Source: an uncultured Gammaproteobacteria bacterium (GTDB taxonomy: Bacteria > Patescibacteriota > Patescibacteriia > SBBC01 > CAIJZX01). From it: a stretch of DNA of 64,000 nucleotides. Shown here in pieces: positions 7,566-18,957 of the stretch. Position numbers and translations under genes: made by a program. Within the stretch, counting starts at the first letter, position 1. The number at the start of each line of letters is the position of its first letter. The stretch spans positions 134,586-198,585 of the forward strand of contig CAYNGY010000001.1 of assembly GCA_964397195.1 (NCBI GenBank), in the 5' to 3' direction. Below the pieces are notes generated by a model. It made no database searches. It saw only the letters and a list, made by a program, of their open reading frames with translations, and was not told where the DNA came from.

Positions 7566-9062
7566 TTACTTTCGCTTGAAAACTGTGGCCGGGCCTTGTT
7601 CGAACACGAGGATCCACTCGGGAGCAGTGCGCAGATACGTTTGGTAGGCTGCGACCTGTTCGGCAGTGTAGGGCCAGGCTGGTGCACGCGGGTCGAGGGC
7701 GATGTATGTGGTATCCTCATGAAGATTTGGAAAATGGTAGAGGGTAGTGCGGTGTGTTAGGTGCGGCGCAAAGGCATCTTGGGCGCTGACCACGGCATCG
7801 TTCGGGATAGATGCGACCAGGGTATTCCATGTCGCCACGGGGCGCGTGCGGAGTTGCTGGTCATGAAAAAAAGCGAGCGGTGTGACTCGGATGTAGACAA
7901 TCGATACGGCACCGACGCAAAAAACAGCGACACCATAGGCCAGACCGCGCGACCATTTCCATTTTGAAAAGTCAGCCAGGGCTAATAATGTCGCGATGAG
8001 GTAGACCGCCATCATCCCCACCTGATAGTGGAACTGAAACATCCACAAGCCGGTGTTCGTCGTCCAGAAACGTTCGCCTAACGTCAGCAGGGTCATCGGC
8101 CACATCGTCCAGGTCAAAAGTGGGAAATACAGAAACGAGCCCACTGTGTATTTTGTGGTCTCAATCTTTTCCGGTGCATCGCGGAGGAGGGTGAACGTGC
8201 GTTGTGGATGCAGGACAATATTTTTAACGACCGTCGCCGGGGTGTCGCCGATCTGATCATACTGATTCAGGTACACGTAACCCTGTCCATCGGACAAAGC
8301 GGGAATGATGAGTCGAGTAATCAGAAAAAAAGAAATCAAGCCAACGCCGAGCGTCGCGAGACCATGTCGGACGTCGATAGTTTTCCAATGCCACGGCCGT
8401 GCCCGCAATGCAATCGTCAGGCCGAGCAGGGCGGCATAGATGGCCATCGACTCTTTGGTCAGAATAAGTCCAACGACTGCCAACCAATACCATCGCCATT
8501 GTTTTCCGACGGCGAAGATGAGCATCAGCAACATGAACGCCGGTGCAAACGCGATCTCGTGAAAATCAAAGTTGATCGCGGCGAGGATGCCGGGGTGGAC
8601 CGCGGCCGCCAGACTGATCACGGCGACAGCCCAGGTTGGCAGACCAAGGCGACGCCCTAGGATGGTGCCGAGCGGAAAAATCAGACTCAGGAGACAGGCT
8701 TGGGCGACAAGGAGCACGATCGGTGATGACCAGATCCAGTAGAGCGGGACGAGGAGGAGAATAATTGGGTGAAAATGATCACCAAAAAGATTACCGATTC
8801 CGCGAATGGTGCTGGCTGGGGCGGAAAAGTGGCTGGCGTGCCAGAGCGCTTGGTCAAAAATGCCGAGGTCGAACGCGTGGGTTTCGAAATGAAGGTGTCG
8901 CCAGATCGCAATCCAGCTCAATCCGACGGCGAGCAGGACGGTGACTGTCCAAACAAGGGGCCAAAACCACCGCGGCGTCCGTTGCCAGCGTCGCCCGAAA
9001 TAGCTGAGCGTCACCGCTAAGAGTAACGCCCCGAGTCCGGTCCAAAATACCTCCGCGCTCAT
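7566..9062 (-). CDS. Large polytopic membrane protein (12 or more TM helices), DUF2079-like / possible GT-C-type glycosyltransferase; identity uncertain
   Basis: 498 aa, very hydrophobic, with the motif HAFDLGIFDQALWH near the N-terminus. Its start overlaps the recombinase stop by 4 nt. Confidence 0.75.
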   Translation of the reverse strand: MSAEVFWTGLGALLLAVTLSYFGRRWQRTPRWFWPLVWTVTVLLAVGLSWIAIWRHLHFETHAFDLGIFDQALWHASHFSAPASTIRGIGNLFGDHFHPIILLLVPLYWIWSSPIVLLVAQACLLSLIFPLGTILGRRLGLPTWAVAVISLAAAVHPGILAAINFDFHEIAFAPAFMLLMLIFAVGKQWRWYWLAVVGLILTKESMAIYAALLGLTIALRARPWHWKTIDVRHGLATLGVGLISFFLITRLIIPALSDGQGYVYLNQYDQIGDTPATVVKNIVLHPQRTFTLLRDAPEKIETTKYTVGSFLYFPLLTWTMWPMTLLTLGERFWTTNTGLWMFQFHYQVGMMAVYLIATLLALADFSKWKWSRGLAYGVAVFCVGAVSIVYIRVTPLAFFHDQQLRTRPVATWNTLVASIPNDAVVSAQDAFAPHLTHRTTLYHFPNLHEDTTYIALDPRAPAWPYTAEQVAAYQTYLRTAPEWILVFEQGPATVFKRK

Positions 9063-10021
9063 GACTCGTCCTTCTCGTCGGGGCGGGTCGTGCCGTGGAA
9101 CGCTTGATGGATTTCCTTCAACTGCTTATTTGTGACGTGGGTGTAGACCTGCGTTGTCTGAATAGATGAGTGGCCGAGCATGGCCTGGACACTCCGAATG
9201 TCCGCACCGTTTTGAAGAAGGTCGGTCGCATACGAGTGCCGCAATGTGTGCGGGGTGACGCGTTTCGTTAAACCGGCCGCTTTTGCATATTGATCAACGA
9301 GGCGCTCGATCGACCGAGGCGTGAGTGGGGTCACCTCGTTCGAACGCCGGCCGGCGCGATCGAGCCGAATAAACATGGCCTGATGATCATCGGTGCGGCG
9401 CTCAAGAAATTCCCCGAGCCACTTCTTCGCCATCGGCGAGAGGAAAACAACGCGGAGCTTGTCGCCTTTACCGCGGATGGTGAACTCGTCTTTTTTGAGA
9501 TTGATGTTATCTCGTTTCAGGCTGGCCAGTTCAGAGACGCGCAGGCCGGTCGAGAAGAGTAGTTCCAAGATCGCTTTGTCGCGTAACTCCAACAGTGATT
9601 GCCCATGCGCGATCGGCGCGTTCAAAAACCGCTGAAGATCGTCGCCGTCGAGGACGCTGACCTGGCGCTCGGCCACTTTCGCTAATTCGATTTTTTCCGG
9701 CGCCAATGTTTTTACGTCCTGCTTCTGTAAATATTTGAGGAATGAGCGCAGGGCGATGAGATAATAATTTTGGGTGGACTTCTTTAACGGCTGACCGCGG
9801 TGACTAATCTGACGATTCAGCCAGAGCCGAAAGTCTCGAACATCATCGAGCGTTAAGGCGCTGGGCGAGCTAACCTTACTGATCGCTAAGAAGCGGGTCA
9901 GGTACAGATCATAATTCCGGCGGGTCAACAGGCTCTTGCCACGCTCGACTTCAATATAGGTCAGGAATCGATCTTTCCAGCGGGTGAATTCATTGATGCT
10001 CATGTCAATATTGTACGACAC
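9059..10021 (-). CDS. Tyrosine site-specific recombinase, XerC/XerD-like
   Basis: N-terminal core-binding domain (FLTYIEVERGKSLLTRRNYDLYLTRF). C-terminal catalytic box LTPHTLRHSYATDLLQNGADIRSVQAMLGHSSIQTTQVYTHV with the R..HxxR..Y residues. Confidence 0.9.
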   Translation of the reverse strand: MSYNIDMSINEFTRWKDRFLTYIEVERGKSLLTRRNYDLYLTRFLAISKVSSPSALTLDDVRDFRLWLNRQISHRGQPLKKSTQNYYLIALRSFLKYLQKQDVKTLAPEKIELAKVAERQVSVLDGDDLQRFLNAPIAHGQSLLELRDKAILELLFSTGLRVSELASLKRDNINLKKDEFTIRGKGDKLRVVFLSPMAKKWLGEFLERRTDDHQAMFIRLDRAGRRSNEVTPLTPRSIERLVDQYAKAAGLTKRVTPHTLRHSYATDLLQNGADIRSVQAMLGHSSIQTTQVYTHVTNKQLKEIHQAFHGTTRPDEKDES

Positions 10022-10058
10022 TTCTGATAGGCCTTCAAGAGCCCTAAAACGGCCTAGA

Positions 10059-10087
10059 TTGACTTCTACGCCGTTCTCTGGTAATAT
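10059..10087 (+). promoter_or_regulatory. sigma70-type promoter of rpsO
   Basis: ttgact (10059-10064), 17-nt spacer, taatat (10082-10087). An 85-nt leader containing the GC hairpin gccctggccgggc follows. Confidence 0.6.
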
Positions 10088-10179
10088 CTCAGCGTTTTAC
10101 ATGACGACTAACCCCTGACGATTTCTTGGTTTCGCCCTGGCCGGGCCGACTCGGAATCGCCGCTTGAAAGGACGGCACC

Positions 10180-10449
10180 ATGCCACTCTCGAAAGACGAC
10201 AAGGACAAGATCATCAAGAAGTATAAGACCCATGAAGCTGACACGGGTTCTTCGGATGTCCAAATTGCGCTGCTGACAGCCGAGATTGAACAGCTGACTG
10301 AGCACCTGCAGACGCACAAGAAGGACTTTTCGTCGCGTCGTGGACTCTTGAAGAAAGTTGGACTGCGCCGACGGCTTCTGCGCTACCTGCAAAAAGACAA
10401 CCCAACCGGATTCGAGGAGATTACCAAGAAACTTAAACTCAAGGTCTAA
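10180..10449 (+). CDS. rpsO: 30S ribosomal protein S15
   Basis: 89 aa: ...GSSDVQIALLTAEIEQLTEHLQTHKKDFSSRRGLLKKVGLRRRLLRYL... Confidence 0.95.
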   Translation: MPLSKDDKDKIIKKYKTHEADTGSSDVQIALLTAEIEQLTEHLQTHKKDFSSRRGLLKKVGLRRRLLRYLQKDNPTGFEEITKKLKLKV

Positions 10450-10451
10450 AC

Positions 10452-11072
10452 ATGAACCATTCGCAACGCGTCGGCGTCTTCGTCGATGTGGCGAACATGT
10501 ACTACTCGGCCAAGAACATCCACGGCACGCGGGTGAACTTTGGGAAACTCCTAGAAGACGCTGTTGGTGACCGCGAATTGGTTCGCGCCTTAGCCTACGT
10601 GATCAAGGCCGACTCGCCTGACGAGAATCGTTTTTTTGAAGCGCTGGATAAGCAGGGATTCGAGCTCCACATGAAAGATCTTCAGGTCTTCGCCGGTGGG
10701 GCGAAGAAAGGCGACTGGGATGTTGGGATTACGGTTGATGCCATTGCTATGTCGTCGCGACTCGACATCGTCGTCTTAGTCACTGGTGACGGCGATTACA
10801 TCCCGCTTGTCCAGTATCTCAAAAGCGCCTCCGGGTGTCGCGTTGAAGTCATGGCCTTCGGCGAATCAACCTCGCAAAAACTCCGCGAGGTCTCCGATAA
10901 GTTTATCGACCTTTCGGCCGATAAGAAGAAGTATCTGTTCCCGATTCGGCCGGGACTTCGTCCAAATATTCCGCGCCCGCGATTCCTCGGCGGAAAGAAT
11001 CGCCAAGACCTGCCGCGCTATGAGTCACCGGCTACCCTACACGAACCGCCAACGGAGTATCATGCCGATTAG
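10452..11072 (+). CDS. NYN-domain (LabA/PIN-like) putative ribonuclease
   Basis: VGVFVDVANMYY...VLVTGDGDYIPLVQYL...VEVMAFG matches the NYN/LabA catalytic architecture. The gene starts 2 nt after the rpsO stop. Confidence 0.8.
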   Translation: MNHSQRVGVFVDVANMYYSAKNIHGTRVNFGKLLEDAVGDRELVRALAYVIKADSPDENRFFEALDKQGFELHMKDLQVFAGGAKKGDWDVGITVDAIAMSSRLDIVVLVTGDGDYIPLVQYLKSASGCRVEVMAFGESTSQKLREVSDKFIDLSADKKKYLFPIRPGLRPNIPRPRFLGGKNRQDLPRYESPATLHEPPTEYHAD

Positions 11073-11838
11073 TCAGATTACCCCAATTCCGGAACAACAG
11101 CCGCGCCCAGTGACGCCGGAATTCCTCCGTCCCCAATACATGGTCTTGCAACCGGTGAGTCGTGTCGAAGTCATCCAGATGCAGACGCGTCCAATCACTC
11201 CGGAAACGATGCCGGCGATCGTCGAACGCGACTACACCAACATCGGCGAAGCCTACCACGAGGCATTCGTCCAAGCCGATCAACTGCCAACTATGTTCAT
11301 CGAGCAGGATATGACCGAAGCGTCGGTGTATACCTCCGAGCGAGAAGTGCTCCACGAATTCATGGAGGCGGTCATGGACTACTTGAAAGAACAGCCGTCC
11401 TTCCAGCACCTAAAAACGCTGGCCGAGACCGACCCGGCGGCGATCACGAAATTCGATATTGATCCGGTCTTCGAAGCCTACGAGCGCGGGTTGCGGACAG
11501 CCTTCCGTGAAATCAAAATGGATCTGACCCGGCCACAACGGAGTGAGTTGCAGCAGGCGCTGGCGGAACTGAACTGGAGCTATAAGGATGTGATTGCCAA
11601 CCATGTCCTAGCCTTATCGGAAGGCGCATCCCAGCTCGAATACGACCCGATGGATATTTTTCTCTTGGTCAATCCCAAAGCGCGACGGATTGAGTACACC
11701 AGTACGAGCGAAGCGCGCCATCTCATTCAACATTTCGGCAGCACGATGACCAAGGATGTCATTACCCGCGACCTGCAGCGCGCCATTCCGGCGCACCTGG
11801 AGAGCGCGTTCGATGACACGCCGGCCATGGCCGCCTAG
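11062..11838 (+). CDS. Hypothetical protein (about 258 aa) between the NYN gene and pnp
   Basis: The 350-aa ORF from 10786 overlaps the NYN gene in another frame. The start was moved to the ATG at 11062, an 11-nt overlap with the NYN stop. An acidic, protein-like sequence follows. Confidence 0.5.
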   Translation: MPISQITPIPEQQPRPVTPEFLRPQYMVLQPVSRVEVIQMQTRPITPETMPAIVERDYTNIGEAYHEAFVQADQLPTMFIEQDMTEASVYTSEREVLHEFMEAVMDYLKEQPSFQHLKTLAETDPAAITKFDIDPVFEAYERGLRTAFREIKMDLTRPQRSELQQALAELNWSYKDVIANHVLALSEGASQLEYDPMDIFLLVNPKARRIEYTSTSEARHLIQHFGSTMTKDVITRDLQRAIPAHLESAFDDTPAMAA

Positions 11839-11947
11839 TCACGCCCCTTCGATTATTCACTGATGATGTTCGTCAGACACGTAGACTGACACGGCCCGAA
11901 ACCGTCAGGTCTAAAGTCTGGCGATCATCTTGAAAGGATTGCGTCCT

Positions 11948-14284
<2,337 letters not shown>

Positions 14285-14297
14285 ACCCGTTTCAAAA

Positions 14298-14327
14298 ACA
14301 CCTCCGCCAATCGGCGGGGGTGTTTTG
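14298..14327 (+). terminator. Rho-independent terminator after pnp
   Basis: acacctccgcc-aatc-ggcgggggtgt stem-loop followed by tttt. Confidence 0.8.
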
Positions 14328-14403
14328 ACACGCGCGACACAATGCCGTAAGGTCTGGTCGAATCCTTTGTACCTCCATTCTCCCTATCGACGACGAGGGC
14401 AAT

Positions 14404-15054
14404 ATGAGCGTCACGCGACGCATGCCGCATCCGGACGATCGTGAGCGTCGGGCGTGGGGCTGGGCCATCGGTCTCCAGCTTATCGTCGACATTCTCGAGG
14501 GAGTCATGGCCCCGCATACGCGGAGCCATGCGCTCTGGTCCGACTTCCTGCACAACGCGAACGATGTGGTGTTAATGGCTATTAGTGCCTGGCCCGTCTA
14601 CAGCGTCATGCTTCTCCACCATCGGGGATACGCCGATCGGAAATCACGCTGGCGGCATCTGGCATCGAAAATCAACATCGCTGCCTTGATGATCAGCGGC
14701 GCCGGCGCCTGTCTGCTCGGTGTACAGCGCCTGTTGGGGCACCCGGTCGACGTGAATTACGCCGCCGCCTGGCCGATCGCCGCCATTTCCGCGGTCGCCA
14801 ACATGATCATCTATTTGGCCATCAGGCCGTTCGGTGGTCATAGCCATATCCGCGTGCTTGGCTGGCACCAGCTCTGGGATGTCTTCAGTGCGCTGAGCAC
14901 GGTTGCCATCCTGATGCTCGGCACCTCCACCAGCGGGGCGCAACTCGACGCCACTGCCTCCATCCTGATCGGTCTCGGGATGATGCTCCACTGGCCGGCC
15001 CATCGCTTCTTCGGGCGCCAGGGTCGCCCCTGTACGCACCACCATGGCGCGTGA
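14404..15054 (+). CDS. Cation-diffusion-facilitator (CDF)-like transmembrane domain protein lacking the usual cytoplasmic C-terminal domain
   Basis: SHALWSDFLHNANDVV corresponds to the CDF TM2 metal-site motif, and a second H..D appears in LGWHQLWDVFS. The protein has 6 hydrophobic helices but is only 216 aa, ending in a His-rich tail (CTHHHGA). Confidence 0.6.
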   Translation: MSVTRRMPHPDDRERRAWGWAIGLQLIVDILEGVMAPHTRSHALWSDFLHNANDVVLMAISAWPVYSVMLLHHRGYADRKSRWRHLASKINIAALMISGAGACLLGVQRLLGHPVDVNYAAAWPIAAISAVANMIIYLAIRPFGGHSHIRVLGWHQLWDVFSALSTVAILMLGTSTSGAQLDATASILIGLGMMLHWPAHRFFGRQGRPCTHHHGA

Positions 15055-15093
15055 CGGCCTCGCCGTCACGCGCTTCATTCTATATAAACACTC

Positions 15094-15864
15094 GTGTATA
15101 CTGCGGCTATGGAGTATCGCGTCCCGAATCAACGAGGCCTCGAACTTGATGTCTTAGTCACCGGCGAGCCAACCGGAATCACCGTGCTCTGCGTCCATGG
15201 CTTTGGCACAGGCAAGCATGAGAACGGAGATCTCCTGCGGGATGTGGCGACGGAATTGCGGGAAACCGCGCAAGTCGTGCAATTTGATTTTTCGGGCTAC
15301 GGACAAAGTCAGGGCCACGATGTCGACGCCAGTATTGAGACCATGACCGCCGATGTGAATGCCATGGTCGCCTGGATAAAAGCGCAGTTCCCGGGACGGG
15401 CCATGATTCTCGCGCACTCGATGGGCTGTTTTGCGGTCGCCAACGCGGCGCCGGTGGGCATTGAACGATCTATCTTTAGTGGCATTCCGCGACCCAATAC
15501 CGACGAATCCATCCAAGCACTCCAACGGCGCCTCCTCCAGCGCGGCGGGACGCTCAATGTGGACGGAGTGAGCATCTACCCGCGCAAGGATGGACAGCGC
15601 CAGCGTCTCGGCCGACAGTACTGGTCATCGTTGGCCGCGCTCGACCCGCTTGGACTTGTTCAAAGCTACGCGCGGACTACCGAGCTCACCATCATTAAAC
15701 CGCTCGAGGACGAAATCATTGGTGGATCTGAGATTACCTCGGCCTATCGCCGCCTACCCGGCGTGACGATGGTCGAACTACACGGCGATCACGGTTTCAC
15801 GAAACCGAAGGATCGTCGTGCCTACCTTCGGAAGGTCCACGAGCTCATCGCCGAACGAGGATAA
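15094..15864 (+). CDS. Alpha/beta-fold hydrolase
   Basis: VLCVHGFGTG oxyanion region, nucleophile elbow LAHSMGC, and C-terminal His in ELHGDHGF. Confidence 0.8.
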   Translation: MYTAAMEYRVPNQRGLELDVLVTGEPTGITVLCVHGFGTGKHENGDLLRDVATELRETAQVVQFDFSGYGQSQGHDVDASIETMTADVNAMVAWIKAQFPGRAMILAHSMGCFAVANAAPVGIERSIFSGIPRPNTDESIQALQRRLLQRGGTLNVDGVSIYPRKDGQRQRLGRQYWSSLAALDPLGLVQSYARTTELTIIKPLEDEIIGGSEITSAYRRLPGVTMVELHGDHGFTKPKDRRAYLRKVHELIAERG

Positions 15865-15866
15865 TT

Positions 15867-16451
15867 ATGGCCACCTTTTTCAAACTGATAACCATTTCCG
15901 GGACGCCAGGCGCTGGGAAGGGAACAGCCGCCCAGTTGTTATCCCGAAAATTGAAAATCCCGGCCTACTCAATCGGCGATATTCGCCGAAGTTTAGCGAA
16001 AGACCGCGGGATGACCCTAGAGCAGTTTAATCGGTACGGTGAAACGTACCCGGAAACGGACCGCGATGTCGACCGCTGGCAAGGAACTATCGCCAAACGG
16101 AAAAAAGTCGGTATTTTTGACGGTCGGGTCTCGTATTATTTCATTCCACAGTCATTTAAGGTTTTTTTGCGCTGTGACAAGCGAGTCGGGGCCTGGCGGG
16201 TGATGCATGATCCGGCTAAAAAGCGGAAAAACGAGGCCGATCACTCAACCATCAAGAAAACCATGGCCTCCCTACGTCGCCGGGCGGCTAGCGACGCGCG
16301 ACGTTACCGCGCATTTTATGGGATCAGCATCTTTGACCGCTCACAATACGATCTTGTTCTTTCCACGACGAACAAAACCCCGGAACAGGTGGCCAGAGCG
16401 ATTATGGCGGCCCTGAAAAAATGGTCTTCGGGACGAAATGTGGGTAAATAA
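15867..16451 (+). CDS. Cytidylate kinase-like P-loop NMP kinase
   Basis: ITISGTPGAGKGTAAQLL P-loop, small size (194 aa) and an Arg-rich lid. Assignment to Cmk rather than another NMP kinase is tentative. Confidence 0.65.
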   Translation: MATFFKLITISGTPGAGKGTAAQLLSRKLKIPAYSIGDIRRSLAKDRGMTLEQFNRYGETYPETDRDVDRWQGTIAKRKKVGIFDGRVSYYFIPQSFKVFLRCDKRVGAWRVMHDPAKKRKNEADHSTIKKTMASLRRRAASDARRYRAFYGISIFDRSQYDLVLSTTNKTPEQVARAIMAALKKWSSGRNVGK

Positions 16452-16558
16452 CGGGTATGTGGACAACCGATATGTTGAAATATGGAGTTATCCACAGATT
16501 AGAAACAGCTGAGAAAAGGCTAACTTTAGCCAAATAGAGTCTCAGAAAGGGTCGATTC

Positions 16559-16587
16559 TTGACAAAAGCCATTTTTGGTGCTATACT
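16559..16587 (+). promoter_or_regulatory. Near-consensus sigma70 promoter (TTGACA-17-TATACT) heading a roughly 400-nt noncoding region upstream of lspA
   Basis: ttgaca (16559-16564), exactly 17-nt spacer, tatact (16582-16587). Confidence 0.65.
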
Positions 16588-16992
16588 CGTCGTGTAAGCT
16601 TTTTTCACAACAAAGTTGACTCCTAGTCAAGAAAGCAGTGTGACTCAAGAAATTGGGTCCCAGTACTGTCCCGACTATCCAATTGGCGACTGAGCGCCGC
16701 ATAAAATCAAAAACAAAATAACGGTTCGTTCTACATCGAGTGAAATCGATCGGGATAGAACCATGAGGACGGTCGCGACATGCTCCTTACCAAGCTCAGT
16801 ATTCGTAAGAGCCTCAGCAGAGGCGCTTCATATGGTTCGGTGCACATTCGCGCTCCCCGGGCGGATCCAGGGGACTGCGAACGTGCGCCGAAACATTGGC
16901 AACTCCGCTATTAGAGGGCTCCACGCCCTTATTCCCTATGAGTACGCGTTGGCAGCCCTCTTTTCTTTTACAAAAAATGTATACTAGAGGAG

Positions 16993-17430
16993 ATGAAGCA
17001 ACTATTTCCATGGCTAGTCAGCGGTTTCGCGCTTGGCCTCGACCAATGGCTGAAAGCGACTGCCGACTCCGGTTCCCAGGCCCATCTCGGCGGCATTTTT
17101 TTTCGACTCTACAAAAATTCGGGACTCGTCTTCTCTATTCCGGCGCCGGGTGTCATCATCGTCGGTTTAACGATGATGGCCTGTGTTTTGATTCTCTGGA
17201 TGCTTTGGTCACGGCGTCACGATCGATGGACGCAATGGCCGGCGGCGCTCTTTGCCGCGGGCGCAGTTAGTAATCTTGGGGACCGGCTCTGGCGCGGGTA
17301 TGTCGTTGATTATTTTTATGTTGGTGATCGAGCGCCGATTATCAATATCGCCGATGTGATGCTCTTCGTGGCTCTGGTGATGATGCTCTGGCCGCGGAAG
17401 GCGTTGACAGTCAAATCGCCGACGGTATGA
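16993..17430 (+). CDS. lspA: Lipoprotein signal peptidase (signal peptidase II)
   Basis: LYKNSGLVFSIP, AGAVSNLGDRLWRGYVVDYF and INIADVMLF match the conserved LspA boxes. AGGAG Shine-Dalgarno sequence 6 nt upstream. Confidence 0.9.
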   Translation: MKQLFPWLVSGFALGLDQWLKATADSGSQAHLGGIFFRLYKNSGLVFSIPAPGVIIVGLTMMACVLILWMLWSRRHDRWTQWPAALFAAGAVSNLGDRLWRGYVVDYFYVGDRAPIINIADVMLFVALVMMLWPRKALTVKSPTV

Positions 17431-17457
17431 TGTCAGTAGGGCTTGGCGTGACGATCT

Positions 17458-18957
17458 ATGCACGCCAGCGTCCCCAGCGCCGCCATCCACGGCATCGAGG
17501 CGGTCCTCGTCACCGTCGAAGTTGATATTTCACCCGGCTTACCGGCGGTGCATATTGTTGGCTTACCCGATGCCGCCGTTCAAGAAGCGCGCGAACGAAT
17601 TCGGGCGGCCATTCGGAACGCCGGGTTTGAGTTTCCACTCAGCCGACTAGCAATCAACCTTTCTCCGGCCGACCAACGAAAAGAAGGGGCGGCGTTTGAC
17701 CTGCCGATCGCGGTCGCGGTCCTTATCGCCACGCATCAAATACAGATGAAAGTGGACGACGGAATTTATGTCGGTGAGCTCACGCTCCACGGTGACTGTC
17801 GGGTTATTCCCGGGGCAATTGCCTACGCTCAACTCGCCCAGCGATTACGGCGACGGTTAGTCGTGCCGGAAGAAAATGCAATCGAGGCGAGTCTCATTCC
17901 CGACACGCGGATTTATACCGTGCGCCAACTCCGTGAGGTCTGCGCACCAACGTTCGTCGAGCCGCATCGAGTCACGCTGCCGAGCGCACCCGTGCGGACG
18001 TGGAATATGTGGCCGGCGATCCGTGGTCAAGCCGTGGCAAAACGGGCGGCAGAAATTGCCGTCGCCGGCGGTCACAACCTCTTGATGAGCGGCCCGCCCG
18101 GTACCGGGAAAACCATGATTGCCGAAGGGATGACGGAAATCATTCCGGACTTGGATGATGCCGCGGCGATTGAGGTACTCAATATTGCTAGTCTCGCCGG
18201 TCTGCGCCAAGGCGCGGCGCCATTCACGCGTCGGCCACCATTCCGTCATCCCCATCATAGCGCCTCGGTGGCTTCATGTGTTGGCGGCGGTCGGATCCCG
18301 CGTCCGGGAGAATTCACGGTTGCGCATCATGGCATTTTATTTATGGATGAATTTCCGGAGTTCAGCCGCGAGCATATCGAGTCACTTCGTCAGCCACTCG
18401 AGCAGGGGATGGTCGTGGTAAGCCGCGTCGCTGGCTCAATCGAATTTCCGGCGGCGTTTATGCTGGTGGCGGCGATGAACCCGTGTCCATGCGGGTACGC
18501 GGGCGATCGGACGCGCCCATGCGTGTGTGCGCAGAGCGCCATTCGGCGATATCGACAGCGTATTTCCGGGCCGATTCTTGATCGATTCGATCTGGCTGTG
18601 ACCTTGAATCGGGTCGAAGGGCGCGATGTATCGGTCAGTACTGACGATCCGCGACTGCGGGTGATAGCCGCGCGTGAACAGCAAAAACAACGCGGCCAAA
18701 AAATGGTAAATGCCTATCTCCGTGGGCGAACGTTGATGCAACAAGCACGGCTGACGATGGCCGCCGCCGTCTTTTTGCGAACCGCGCTTGATCGGTTGCA
18801 CCTGTCATTACGGGCGCACGATCGAGTGATTCGGGTCGCCCGAACGATTGCCGATCTCGCCGGAGAACTCGACGTAACCGAACATCATGTCGCCGAGGCG
18901 ATCCAGTACCGACCGCATGCGTTGCTGGACGGACCTAGTAGAACGATAGCGGGTTAA
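17458..18957 (+). CDS. comM: YifB/ComM-family Mg-chelatase-like AAA+ ATPase
   Basis: N-terminal Lon-like domain (IHGIEAVLVTVEVDISPGLPAVHIVGLPDAAVQEARERIRAAIRNAGFEFP), Walker A LMSGPPGTGKTM, GILFMDEFPEF, and C-terminal HHVAEAIQYR. Confidence 0.9.
   Translation: MHASVPSAAIHGIEAVLVTVEVDISPGLPAVHIVGLPDAAVQEARERIRAAIRNAGFEFPLSRLAINLSPADQRKEGAAFDLPIAVAVLIATHQIQMKVDDGIYVGELTLHGDCRVIPGAIAYAQLAQRLRRRLVVPEENAIEASLIPDTRIYTVRQLREVCAPTFVEPHRVTLPSAPVRTWNMWPAIRGQAVAKRAAEIAVAGGHNLLMSGPPGTGKTMIAEGMTEIIPDLDDAAAIEVLNIASLAGLRQGAAPFTRRPPFRHPHHSASVASCVGGGRIPRPGEFTVAHHGILFMDEFPEFSREHIESLRQPLEQGMVVVSRVAGSIEFPAAFMLVAAMNPCPCGYAGDRTRPCVCAQSAIRRYRQRISGPILDRFDLAVTLNRVEGRDVSVSTDDPRLRVIAAREQQKQRGQKMVNAYLRGRTLMQQARLTMAAAVFLRTALDRLHLSLRAHDRVIRVARTIADLAGELDVTEHHVAEAIQYRPHALLDGPSRTIAG

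Noticed and set aside
10786-11838. 350-aa ORF starting at 10786
   Set aside because: The first 92 codons overlap the NYN-domain gene in another frame. The start was moved to ATG 11062.
11930-11947. TTG start for pnp at 11930, and the similar TTG at 20418 for leuS
   Set aside because: In-frame ATGs at 11948 (with AGGA Shine-Dalgarno) and 20448 give N-termini matching the family alignments. The ORF track reports non-ATG starts as M.
16458-16496. Inverted DnaA-box pair as a replication origin
   Set aside because: No dnaA/dnaN genes and no AT-rich unwinding element are nearby. There are only two boxes. This is more likely promoter-proximal regulation.
16763-16987. 74-aa ORF containing ...IPYEYALAALFSF...; possible tmRNA tag (YALAA) or small protein
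   Set aside because: There is no stop codon after ALAA and no tRNA-like 3' end (GGTTCGA...CCA), so it is not a tmRNA. There is no ribosome-binding site and the composition is Arg-rich, so it is not a convincing small protein. The region is kept as an ncRNA/leader candidate instead.
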